In this document: positions 53,242 to 64,000 of the stretch, one piece after another | Layout: the number at the start of each line of letters is the position of its first letter | Numbering within the stretch: the first letter of the stretch is position 1 | Source: Octopus sinensis | Lineage: Eukaryota | Assembly: GCF_006345805.1 (NCBI RefSeq) | Contig: NC_043018.1 | Coordinates: forward strand, 26,226,001 to 26,290,000 | Direction: 5' to 3' | Length of the DNA: 64,000 bases | The notes under the pieces: generated by a model | The model's database searches: none | Told to the model about the DNA's origin: nothing | The model's input: the letters and a program-made list of their open reading frames with translations, nothing else | Made by a program: the position numbers and the translations under genes

Positions 53242-55680
53242 GTTAGAAATACTGTCTGTTTTTTTTTTTTGTTTTGTTTTTGGTAATTACTGGTGAGGAA
53301 AGATATAGTGATTATATAACAGTTTCGTTTATTTATTTGTTTATTTGTATATCTATTTATATATTTATTTTATTTTATTTTATTTTATTTTGTTCTTAAA
53401 TTATTCTGTAAAGGATTCTTTTTAAAAGTTTTAGGAAATTTACAATTTGAAAATAAAAATAAAAATATGTCTGAATAATTTAAATAACAAAAAAAAAATA
53501 GAAAGAAAAACAGAAGAACAGAATTAATCTTATTTAGTGAAAAATATCTTCAAAGAAATATTATTTTCAGGAAAATTAATTTTAGATTTTAGCACAACTG
53601 AACTACCATTCTCCACCGAGAAAATTCCTCTCTTTTGTAATTAATCTATTTGATTTCAAGATATTTATTCAACCATAAACAGAATGGCTATTTGCATTTT
53701 ATATATTCTGTATTCTATCAACACTTTGCGAAAAGTTAAGATTTTAATGTAGTTATTATTATTCATAATATTTGTTTCCAAGAAAGCAGTAGATTAAATT
53801 TCACAATTTCACAAAGACTTATCTAAAATGATATTAAGATTCCGTTATAAATCTTCTTACCTTGATTTTAGTCGAAACAATTGGTAATTTCTCCAAGACT
53901 CTTTTATCAGTATGAGCCATTCTTTATCGAACTAATATTTTGCAAAGCTAATTATTTCACTTGACTTCATGCTTACATTATCTTTGTATAAACAACGATG
54001 TTTTTTGCCATTAAAGTCTGTTCCATATGTTATATGAAGTACAATGCTTGAGGCTTAATTCTGAAATTATTCACTTATTAATTTTTATTTGTAAAATCTG
54101 GATTCTTTATTGTATATTAAGAACCTATAGATCGACTTATGTATACGGTGATTTTTATTATATACACTTAATTATTCATAAATCATTTTCTAGTATGGAT
54201 GAATTTTTAGTGTTTAAATCATTTAAAATTTTTTGATTCCTGCCAAACAATACATGCACACACACACACACACACACACTCTCTCTCTCTCTCTTCATTT
54301 CACGTTGCTCCAACTGATTCAGCTATAAATGGCTAAACCTGTTACAGACGAGCCTTCTGATCAGGAGGGATGTTGGCCTGCTTTGCCAGCAGACTGACAT
54401 CATTTGAAAGCTAAACTGATTCAAAGCACATTGTGACGAGTGATATACAACAACATGTGATAGTCTGGTCAGTCACATGATACACACGCACACACACACA
54501 CATGTATATATGAATATGAAGGTGCATGGTCTTGTGGTTTGGGTGTTGCATTCGTAATCACAAGACTGTGGTTTCGATTCCCAGTATGGTGGCATATTAT
54601 TTTTTCTTGAGCAAAATACTTCATTTCACATTGCACCAGTCCATTTGACTGTAAGGAAGTGCATTGTGACCAGTGATGTATAACACTGGAAATGCCTTTG
54701 GTAGACAGAAACTGAAAGAAACCCATCGTATATATATGGGTATGTGTATGTGTGTGTATCCTTGTATCTGTGTTTGTCTCCCACCACTGCTTGACACAGA
54801 ACACACAGCCAGGTCCAGGAATCGAAACCACAATCTTGTGATTGTGAGTACCCCACACTCTCACTACAAAGCCCCACGCTCCCACACATACACACACATA
54901 TATGCGTGTGTGTGTGTGTGGATCTCCAATTCAAAAGTTAAAATGATGCTGTTTATCTTTACTGTATTTCTTTATTGAAGTTTTCAAAATGGAAGGTAAT
55001 ACTTCGAATTCATTTAGCAGCGAAATTAATCACATTAAAATATTTTCTTGAATTAAAACATGAGACTGTGGCTGAAGCATTAATGCCTTTTACTTAGACT
55101 TGGTGTGTACATGTGCACACACGCACACAACACACACACACATCCATATGTATATACATATATATACACACCCACATCCATATGTATATATTATATACAC
55201 ACACACACTTCCATATGTATATATATATACATACACACATCCATATGTATATATATATATATATATATATAATACACACACACACTTCCATATGTATATA
55301 TATACACACACACATCAATATGTATATATACACATACACACATCCATATGTATACACATACACACATCCATATGTATACACACACACATCCATATGTATA
55401 TATACACACATAGTAGTCTTTTTGTTTCTATTGTTGGTATATTATTCTCTCTGATTTGCTTTATTATAACTGTTATAATTATTATTATTATTATTAGTTT
55501 GCTCATTTTCAAATTCATGATTAAAAGTTGCTTTTCCATATATGATTTGATTCTGTTGCATCCGGTTGCATTATTTTGAGCTATTAAAAAAAAGCGCTTA
55601 TTGTGTTTCAATGCATATTTTAGCAAAAATTCGAATTTGGATAAACACCATTTAATCACTTGCTCGTTATATTTTTGCAG

Positions 55681-55957
55681 CTGGTATGTCCGAAGATAGC
55701 GACTATACAAGTGATGTCAACTTCCCCGTGCAGCATCAACACAACAGCTCAGCCCATCAGTTTCGCGGAGACCATGGATTTCGAATGCAGCACAATGACA
55801 GCAAAGAGGATTTCGGGTCATTCGACCGCGGGTATGAACGTGAGCCCGATTATTATCAAGATGGGGTATATTACCCTGGTAGAAGTGATACTGATTCAGA
55901 ACCGCTCTACTATAATAGCAGACCAAATAGTAGACCACAATCTTTCATAAACGATAG
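55681..55957 (+). CDS. unc-13: unc-13 X-region exon (S)GMSEDSDYTSDVNFPVQHQHNSSAHQF...SRPQSFIND(R/S), phase 1-2
   Basis: atttttgcag|CTGGTATG...ACGATAG|gtatgt; 277 nt; carries the SEDSDYTSDV and NSSAHQ motifs of long UNC-13 isoforms. Confidence 0.93.
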
Positions 55958-56283
55958 GTATGTAATATATTGAGATATCAGTTTGTTATTATGCATGGAT
56001 ATTTGAGTGGGTTCCCAACTGTTGTTGGTTGGATTTTAAAGTTTTTTTTTTAGTTTCTATTTTTATTATTTTTTTGTATATGGTAGAAGTGATACTGATT
56101 CAGAACTGCTCTACTATAACAGCAGACCAAATAGTAGACCACAATCTTTCATAAACGATAGGTATGTAACGAATTGAAAATATTAGTTCGTTATTATGCA
56201 TGGATATTTGAGTGGGTTCCCAACTGTTGTTGGTTGGGTTTTGAAGTTTTTTTTAGTTTCTATTTTTATTATTTTTTTGTATT
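55877..56283 (+). repeat. 204-bp tandem duplication spanning the exon 3' end and intron start (plus a degenerate third fragment near 56360-56400)
   Basis: tggtagaagtgatactgattcagaa begins at 55877 and again at 56081. Confidence 0.95.
56087..56161 (+). CDS. Candidate duplication-born 75-nt cassette exon (R)SDTDSELLYYNSRPNSRPQSFIND, phase 2-2
   Basis: Second copy of a 204-bp tandem duplication: T-rich tract + TAG (56084-56086) acceptor and a copied GTATGT donor at 56162; in frame. Confidence 0.45.
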
Positions 56284-57242
56284 TGGTGCAGTGGATTAGC
56301 AGAATCATTAGTATTTGGACAAAATGCCATGAAAGATTTAGTTACATCATAAAATACCGATTTATTATTATGTATGGATATTTGAATGGATTTCCAGTTT
56401 TTGATGATTTCATTATTATTATTATTATTCTGTAGTTTTATTTTTATAGCGTGCTTTCACTTCACTACCGAGCGCAGCTCTGTGTGCCTTGCGTAGGTGC
56501 TGTGATTTGTTTTTTATTATTATTATTATCATTATTATTATTATTATTATTATAAATTTTTATTATTGTTATCCTTATCATCATCATCATCATCATTATT
56601 ATTGCTATGGTTGTGAGCTGGCAGAATCGTTATCGCGCCGGGCGAAATGCTTTGGCTGTATTTCTTCTGCCGCTATATTCTGAGTTCAAATTCTGCCGAG
56701 GTCAACTTTGCCTTTCATCCTTTTGGGGGACGATAAATTAAGGGTCAGTCAAGTACACAGTATTTATTTTTAGATTTTTATTTTTTTTTGAGTCTGGTAC
56801 TTATTCTATTGGTCTCTTATGCTGAACTGTTAAGTTATGGGACATGAATAAACCAATATCAGTTGTTGATCACAGTGGAGGGGGACAAACGCAGACTCAA
56901 ACATACACACACACACAGCACTAGCATAGCTAGAGTGTGTGCCACACCTGGAGCCCCAACAAAGGAAACATGCTGACTACAGCAGACCCAAAAGTGGTGC
57001 TGTCCCCATAAAAGTGCTGCCCACGGAAGACCACCACTCACTTTCCTCCCCCCACTTGCTATGTTAATGACACACAGTAACAATAGGCTTTCATACAGTT
57101 TCTGCCTATCAACTTCACTCACAAGCATCGGTCGTCCCAAAATGTCACATAGTAGGATTGAACCCGTAACCGTGTGATTATAAATGAAGCTTCTTAACCT
57201 CACAGCCATCCCTGCTCCTACATGTATGCATAGTAGGGTGGT

Positions 57243-57655
57243 GAGGTGGCAGACATGTTAGCGCGCCGGGCGAAATGCTGAGCAGTATTTTGTCTGTCAT
57301 TACGTTCTGAGTTCAAATTCCGCCAAGGTTGACTTTGCCTTTCATCCTTTCGGGGTCGATAAATAAAGTACCAGTTTCACACTGGGGTCAATATAATCAC
57401 CTTAATCCCTTTGTCTGTCCTTGTTTGTCCTCTCTGTGTTTAGCCCCTTGTGGGTAGTAAAGAAATAGGTATTTCGTCTGTCGTAATGTTCTGAGTTCAA
57501 ATTCTGCCGAGGTTGACTTTGCCTTTCCTCCTTTCGGGGTCGATAAATAGAGTACCAGTTTCGCACTGGGATCGATATAATCAACTTAATCCCTTTCTCT
57601 GTCCTTGTTTGTCCCCTCTATGTTTAGCCCATTGTGGGCAATATAGAAATATATA
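57243..57655 (+). mobile_element. Head-to-tail dimer of SINE family A
   Basis: A full copy followed directly by a 5'-truncated copy starting gtatttcgtctgtc at ~57468. Confidence 0.85.
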
Positions 57656-58074
57656 TGTATGCATAGAAGCGGGGGAGGGGGCTTCCTTCAGGCTGTTTGG
57701 TTTTGACTTTGACTGGGCTTTCAATTTCTCTCAAGGTCAATAAAGTAGTGAACAGTTGACAAAGTACGTCCGACCTCTGATGCAATGGTTTATATTAAAA
57801 AGGCTAAACTGTAAATAAAACGGATCCGAAGGAAGTTGTGCTTCTTTCTACAGATTTATAAACAGCAAACTGAAATTTTAAGTACTCCTCACATAGTTTA
57901 GATTGTTGAATGTCTTAATGGTCATTGCAAGAGAAGTTATTGATCTGTTTTATGCCATCGTTTCTCAATCAATAAAACATGTACGTACTTCACTTATTTA
58001 AACGAACTAAAATATGCACTTCTAATGACCTTTGGGTTGGCATTTTACAATGAGTAATACTAAACTTTCGAAAT

Positions 58075-58528
58075 ATATGTGTGTGTTTGTGTGTGCATGT
58101 GCGCATGTGTCTATATATATATGTACACACTTGTATACATGCGTACACATACATGCATTATATTTATGTGTTTATGTGTGTATATATATATGTGTGTGTA
58201 TGTATTTGTGTGTGTGTGCATATGTGCATTTCTATATATACGTACACACTTGTATATATGCGTACACATACATGCATTATATTTACGTGTTTATATATAT
58301 ATATATATATATATGTATTTGTGTGTGTGTGTGTGCATTTCTATATATATGTACACTCTCTTATATACATGTGTACACATACATGCACTATATTTATGTG
58401 TTTATATGTGTATATATATATATATATGTATGTATTTGTGTGTGTGTGTGTGTGCATTTCTATATAAATGTACACACTTATATACATGCGTACATATACA
58501 TGCATTATAGTGTTTTATATATTGTGTG

Positions 58529-58575
<47 letters not shown>

Positions 58576-58760
58576 ATATGTGTTAGTAATACCAGCAATT
58601 ATAATTATTTTTATTTTATCGCAATTTGATTTGTTTATATATATATATATATATATGTATTTGTGTGTGTGAGTGTGTGTGCATTTCTATATATATGTAC
58701 ACACTTATATACATGTGTATACATACAAGCATTATATTTTTGTGTGTGTATATGTATTTA
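58075..58760. repeat. Microsatellite-derived ~120-bp tandem repeat (about five units)
   Basis: gtgcatttctatatatatgtacacact ... catacatgcattatat recurs. Confidence 0.85.
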
Positions 58761-58846
58761 TACACACTTGAAACTTGTCGAGTGACCACTGCTGCTGTCG
58801 TCTTGTGGCTGTTTTTAGTGTAAGAGGCAGAGAGAGATAGAATATG

Positions 58847-58968
<122 letters not shown>

Positions 58969-58979
58969 TCACACACACA

Positions 58980-59040
58980 CAAGGTGGTATCAAAAAGTTC
59001 CCAGACTAGTTCTGTAGCATGCCAACAGATGGCAGCACAC
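58980..59040 (+). mobile_element. Mariner-like TIR remnant
   Basis: caaggtggtatcaaaaagttcccagact resembles TACGAGG...TCAAAAAGT...GGACT mariner ends (from memory). Confidence 0.45.
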
Positions 59041-59211
59041 AGTAGCATGCACAGTGAGAGCTATCAGTGACCTTCATGAGGCAGTGACGTACAGAAATTT
59101 GTGTTTTTGTGGTCATGTGTCTGAAAGTCACTTTCATTTTGTTTTGTCTTTTATAAAATCAAACAACTTCAAAGAAATCTTAATAAACACCTTATCTTTC
59201 TCTCCCAACAG

Positions 59212-59271
59212 TCCTGTTGACAGCCATGTTTCTTCCTTGAATGTAAGCAGACAAAGCACACAAGACTACAG
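59212..59271 (+). CDS. unc-13: unc-13 60-nt exon (S)PVDSHVSSLNVSRQSTQDY(R/S), phase 2-2
   Basis: cttatctttctctcccaacag|TCCTGT...CTACAG|gtaagt; strong sites, open in the phase left by 55957. Confidence 0.75.
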
Positions 59272-59444
59272 GTAAGTTTGCAAACATTCTTCAGTTTCGT
59301 CTCTGTTGTCAAGTGAACTCCTGAACCCTTTCAGCACCAACCTACCTGAAACTGGCCCCTTTTTCTATGATACAAACTTCCTGTTTTAACCCTTTAGAAT
59401 TCGGATTCCTCTGTCAGATGTTATGCTTGTTCATTTAAATTCAT

Positions 59445-59900
59445 CATCATCATCATCATTTAACGTCCGTTTTCCGTGCTAGCACAAGTTGGACGGTTCG
59501 ACCGGGGCCTGGGAAGCCAGGAGGCTGCACCAGACTCCAGTCTGATCTGGCAGTGCTTCTACAGCTGGATGCCCTTCCTAACGCCAACCACTCTGTGAGT
59601 GTAGTGGGTGCTTTTTACGTGCCACAGGCACAGAAACAAGTTAAGGCAGTGCTGGCATCGGCCATGTTCGGATGGTGCTTTTTACGTGCCACAGGCACAG
59701 AAGCCAGTCAAGGTAGCGCTGGCATCGGCCACGTTCGGATGGTGCTTTTTACGTACCACTGGCACAGAAGCCAGCCAAGGTAGCGCTGGCATCGGCCACG
59801 TTCGGATGGTGCTTTTTACGTGCCACGGGCACAGGTATCACAACTACAATTTCCATTTGATATTTATTTTGATGTTGATGTACTTGACTCAATAGGTCTC
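59445..59900 (-). mobile_element. Retroposon family B with about four internal units
   Basis: Same motifs as 20385-21210; the units are near-identical. Confidence 0.88.
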
Positions 59901-60380
59901 AATCATCATTGTCTCCTAGGTTTGAGATTTAGATGATGTGATTGTGGGTTAAGTGTAAGAGGCAAGATATGGCTAGTTTAACCATAAAAGAGGTAAAATA
60001 TTTTAGCCAAATATGGTCAGTCTAACCCTTTAGCATTTTAACGAGTCATGTCCAGCCTAATTTTCCTTCTTGTTTTATGTTCAAATTAACCAGATCTGGC
60101 TTCACACACCTAACCTACACTGCCATTCTAAAAATAAGCATCACACCATCAAATTGTCAAAGGTATGAGATAATGCATGGTTAACTCAAAACAATGTGAA
60201 TAACTAGTCTGAATGGTGAGGAGTTAAAGTAATCTAATTTAGAACCTTCCAAAAAAATTTATGTTAATTTATGTTCCTAATACCAGGTTAATAAGGACAG
60301 TTAAGTCCTGGGGTCAATATGTTTGATTAAAGGTGGTGCTCCAGCATGGCCTCAGTCAAAATACTGAAACAAGTAAAAGA

Positions 60381-60416
<36 letters not shown>

Positions 60417-60964
60417 GGAAAGTTTACGAAAATAAACAAAAGACGAAGGCAGGTGGTGTACAAACAAACAAATGTATTAGTATAGCGCTCAAGAATAGAA
60501 AAAGTCTTTTACGTTTCTAGCCTACGCTCTTCGACAGAAAGATACACAGAAAAAAACAAGGAGAGAAAAAAAATGCGTGTAGTAGCTAATGATCTATCAT
60601 ATATATATATCATTCATCATAATCTCCATCACCACCGCCACCACCATCATCAAGTTGAGTGCAGTAGGGTTAACTCAGAACTCATGCTGTCATATCAACC
60701 AGCTATTATATCCATGAACACTCTCCCTGGATGGCACACCAGTCCATCACAATGTTAACTCCCTAGCTGCTACTGCTGGCATTCATTCCCAGCTGAGTGA
60801 ACCATAGCAATGTGAAATGGACTGTCTTTGCTCATGAGTACAATCTGGTTCCAGTCTACACTGCTGTTTGCTGTGTGGATTGAAACCAGATTGAAAGCCT
60901 AACACTGTAACAAGAAAAACACAAAACCGACATGCTTTCACTAATATCATCGCAGAAATCTATA

Positions 60965-61590
60965 ATTTTTTTCAACTCTAGGCACAAGGCCCAAACTTTT
61001 GGGTGAGTGAGGGCCAGTCAATTATATCAACCCCAGTACACAACTGGTACTTAATTTATCGACCCCGAAAGGATGAAAGCAAAGTCGATCTTGGCAGAAT
61101 TTGAACTCAGAACATAAAGACAGACAAAATACTGCTAAGCATTTCGCTCAGCATGCTAACGATTCAGCCAGCTTGCCGCCTTAAATTATAAATATTCTTT
61201 TCTACTCTAGACACAAGGCTTGAAATTTTTGGAGAGGGTGCCAGCCGATTAGATCGACCCCGGTACGCAACTGGTACTTAATTTATCAACCAGAAAAGGA
61301 TAAAAGGCAAAGTCAACCTCGGCGGCATTTGAACTCAGAATGTAAAGACAGACGAGATACCCATTTCTTTACTACCCACAAGGGGCTAAGCACAGAGAGA
61401 ACAAACAAGGACAGACAAATGGATTAAGTCGTTTATATTGACCCCAGTGTACAACTGGTTCTTATCTAATTGAACCCGAAAGGATGAAAGGCAAAGTCGA
61501 CCTCAGCGGAATTTGAACTCAGAACGTAGCGTCAGATGAAATATGGCTAAGCATTTCGCCCGGCATGCTAACGATTCTGCCAGTTCACTG
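60965..61590 (-). mobile_element. Three tandem SINE family A copies
   Basis: aactggtacttaatttatc...gaatttgaactcagaa recurs three times. Confidence 0.85.
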
Positions 61591-62142
61591 CCTTCATAGA
61601 TCTACAATAGCAACAGTTTGTCCTTTGCAAGGGAGGGGCTTCTCTCTGATCTGCTTAACGCCGTGACAGTCTGTCTGTTGGAAATCCCATGATTTCTTTG
61701 TTTATTTTGGGGGAAGGGTCTTTTTTTTTCATTTTTCATGCAGGAGAGGGATTAATTGGGAAGATGGGGAAGTGACTATAACCTTATTACAAGATATCCA
61801 TGGTTGGTGGAGTGGGGTGGGGAAAGTGTAGAATAAAAGCACTCTGATGAAGTAATATAAAAATATTAAATAAAAAATGAAACAATTTCTCTCCATTAAT
61901 GATACTAAAATTTATGCATACATCAATCAGAAATCCTTGTAATAAAAAAATAAAAAAATATTAATATCCATGAAAAAGACGAGTCAATGCTGTCAACGAT
62001 GTCATTTTGTAATTGACGATGAATTGACGTCAGAGGAATATATCATGTAAATGATAATATGCCATTGAACTGGCAGTCACTTGGCTTCTTTGGGTTTTTT
62101 TAATCTTTTTATTTTCTCTTCTTTTTTTTATTTATGCTTTAG

Positions 62143-62314
62143 TCAAGAGGGAAAGCAGTGCTTGTGGCCCTTCACAGAGCCTCTGAGATTGTGTTGGGAA
62201 GGAGGACGTTATCCTCAAACTGGACATCTTTGTTTCAGTGCTTACAACAGAGTGGACTCTGCTGAAGTTGACCAGGATGCTAAGGAGAAAAAAAAAGTGA
62301 AGTTAAATTCTTAA
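62143..62314 (+). CDS. Candidate alternative (terminal) exon, phase 2, 56 aa then TAA
   Basis: Long T/C tract ...tttatgctttag| then an open frame QEGKQCLWPFTEPLRLCWEGGRYPQ...KLNS*. No good donor; the stop abuts a SINE. Confidence 0.25.
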
Positions 62315-63293
62315 GCCATACCAACTCATTAGGGCTGGTTTCTTGGTTCCATGGCCTATATTTTCCCCACCTGGATGGGACGCCAGTCTCTCACAGGATT
62401 ACTCATTTTTGCTTTGCTGAATGGACTGGAACTATGTGAAATGGAGTGTTTCACTCAAGAACATAACCCATCACCCTGTCCAGGAATTGAAACCACAATC
62501 TTATGGCCACAAGTCCAACACCCTAACCACTAAGCCTTACACCTCCACCAAGGTGCCAATTGATGCCACTGAATCAGGCAACGGATTAAATCTCCCACCC
62601 TTGCAAGTTAGTGCAGGATTTGAACTCAGAATTCTGACATCGCTTGACAACCAATGGTGGTGTGTTTACATCCCCATAACTTGGCAGTTCAGCAAAAGAG
62701 ACCGATAGAATAAGTACTAGGCTTACAAAGAATAAGTCCTGAAAGTTTTGTCCACATCTGTCCAGCGGTTCTTGAGATGTCTTGTCCACAGACAAACAAA
62801 CACAACTGAAAACAATACCTCCACCTTCGCTAAGGCGGAGGTAATAATAATAATATAATAATAATAATAATAATAAATTCATAATAGGTTTATGCATTTA
62901 GAAAACATGTGTGGATTTCCTATCCATAATTCCACAGACAAAGATTCAAAAATAATCCACAACTTGGATTATAATCCTTTCAATACCCTAATTTCTCTTG
63001 CAGAGTATATATTTATGTCTCTGTAGATTCTGTGATTCAGACTCACCAAGGTCCACTTTGACTTTCAAGGGTTGGGTTCAACAAAATAAGCAAACGTTGG
63101 GGTTGATATGAATGGCAAGACCCCCTCCTCCTCCAAAATTTAAGGCATTGTGCTTGTGTTAGACTTGATTTTGGTCTGCAAAAACAAGATAAATACTTGA
63201 TGCCATAATTCACATCCACATGCTGCTAGTTCAATCCCTTTGCTTGGCACCTTAGTTAAGTGGTTTCTACCATAGTCTTACAATTCCTAATTA

Positions 63294-63794
63294 TCTTTAT
63301 ATATAAAAGTAAGGTTGTGTGTCTGTCTCCTACGATTTAGATTCCTAACTACTGCCACATTTTGCGGTGCAGTGTAACCAAAACCGGGTATCTTATAGTC
63401 GTGATTCATATCGAGCCCTTCTGGGTATTAGCGCGCGTCTACGATGTCTACGATTTTAAAAATAATTTACCATCAGTTTTTTCCATTTTAATGCATTTTT
63501 TTCGCTATTATATAAGGGAAGTAACTCTCTAAAAATGTCTATGATGAGTCAACGATTTTTAAAAAATTTACCATCATTTTTTTCCATTTCAATGCATTTT
63601 TTTCGCTATTATATAAGGGAAGTAACTCTCTAAAAATGTCTACGATGAGTCAACGATTTAAAAAAAAATTTACCATAATTTTTTTTCCATTTTTAATGCA
63701 TTTTTTTTTTGCTATTTTTTGGCTATAACTCTCTAAAAATGTTTATATAGTTATTTCCCTTATAAACCCAAGCAACGCCGGGCGATACTGCTAG
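63294..63794 (+). mobile_element. Non-autonomous Helitron with three internal ~101-bp tandem repeats
   Basis: A|TCTTTATATATAAAAG 5' end; 3' GC-rich hairpin-like cccaagcaacgccggg followed by CTAG|T; inserted between A and T with no TSD. Confidence 0.85.
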
Positions 63795-63968
63795 TATTTA
63801 ATAATAGAAATATTTTTCTATCTTTTACTTGTTTCAGTCATTAAACTGTGGCCATGCTGGGGCACTGCTTTGAGGGATTTTTAGTGAAACTCAGTGCATT
63901 GTGAGTGGAATCATTGTAGATAGAATCACAATCTGTACAAAAATCCATCAAACATACACACACACACA

Positions 63969-64000
<32 letters not shown>

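Noticed and set aside
61744-61830. Acceptor followed by AATTGGGAAG, echoing the twin microexon core
   Set aside because: The match is only 10 nt, in a different exon slot, with no suitable donor; probably chance.

Overview
AT-rich, microsatellite- and SINE-laden eukaryotic genomic DNA. The repeat landscape resembles an Octopus (coleoid cephalopod) assembly; this is inferred from memory of the repeat families. There is one 100-N gap. The whole window lies inside one + strand gene, an unc-13/Munc13 synaptic vesicle priming factor, and covers the linker after the C2A domain plus the N-terminal 'X' region. I found no C2A, C1, C2B or MUN exons, so the gene extends beyond both ends. The best-supported exon chain (2573-2587 and/or 13123-13137, 16939-16947, 26236-26315, 30943-30988, 55681-55957, 59212-59271) splices in frame to (A)RNWE-GYE-DLPEVEAAELQSKLDVLNSIMDQELNQ-YDSIQDQQRRQTYSQ-SGMSEDSDYTSDVNFPVQHQHNSSAHQF...FIND-SPVDSHVSSLNVSRQSTQDY. 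The most interesting signals are in exon architecture: (1) two paralogous 15-nt microexons 10.5 kb apart that differ only by two synonymous changes; (2) a 9-nt microexon; (3) a 204-bp tandem duplication of an exon end that builds a new in-frame 75-nt cassette exon; (4) a 15-nt microexon that reads through only if a specific upstream cassette is included; and (5) several candidate truncating terminal exons. The introns hold several SINE families (some with target-site duplications, some as inverted pairs), a decayed RTE LINE, a non-autonomous Helitron, Penelope-like and Tc/mariner-like ends, and a 1.3-kb strand-asymmetric pyrimidine satellite. Nearly all long ORFs in the supplied track are translations of simple repeats. 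All splice calls are made by eye from the sequence and need RNA-seq confirmation.
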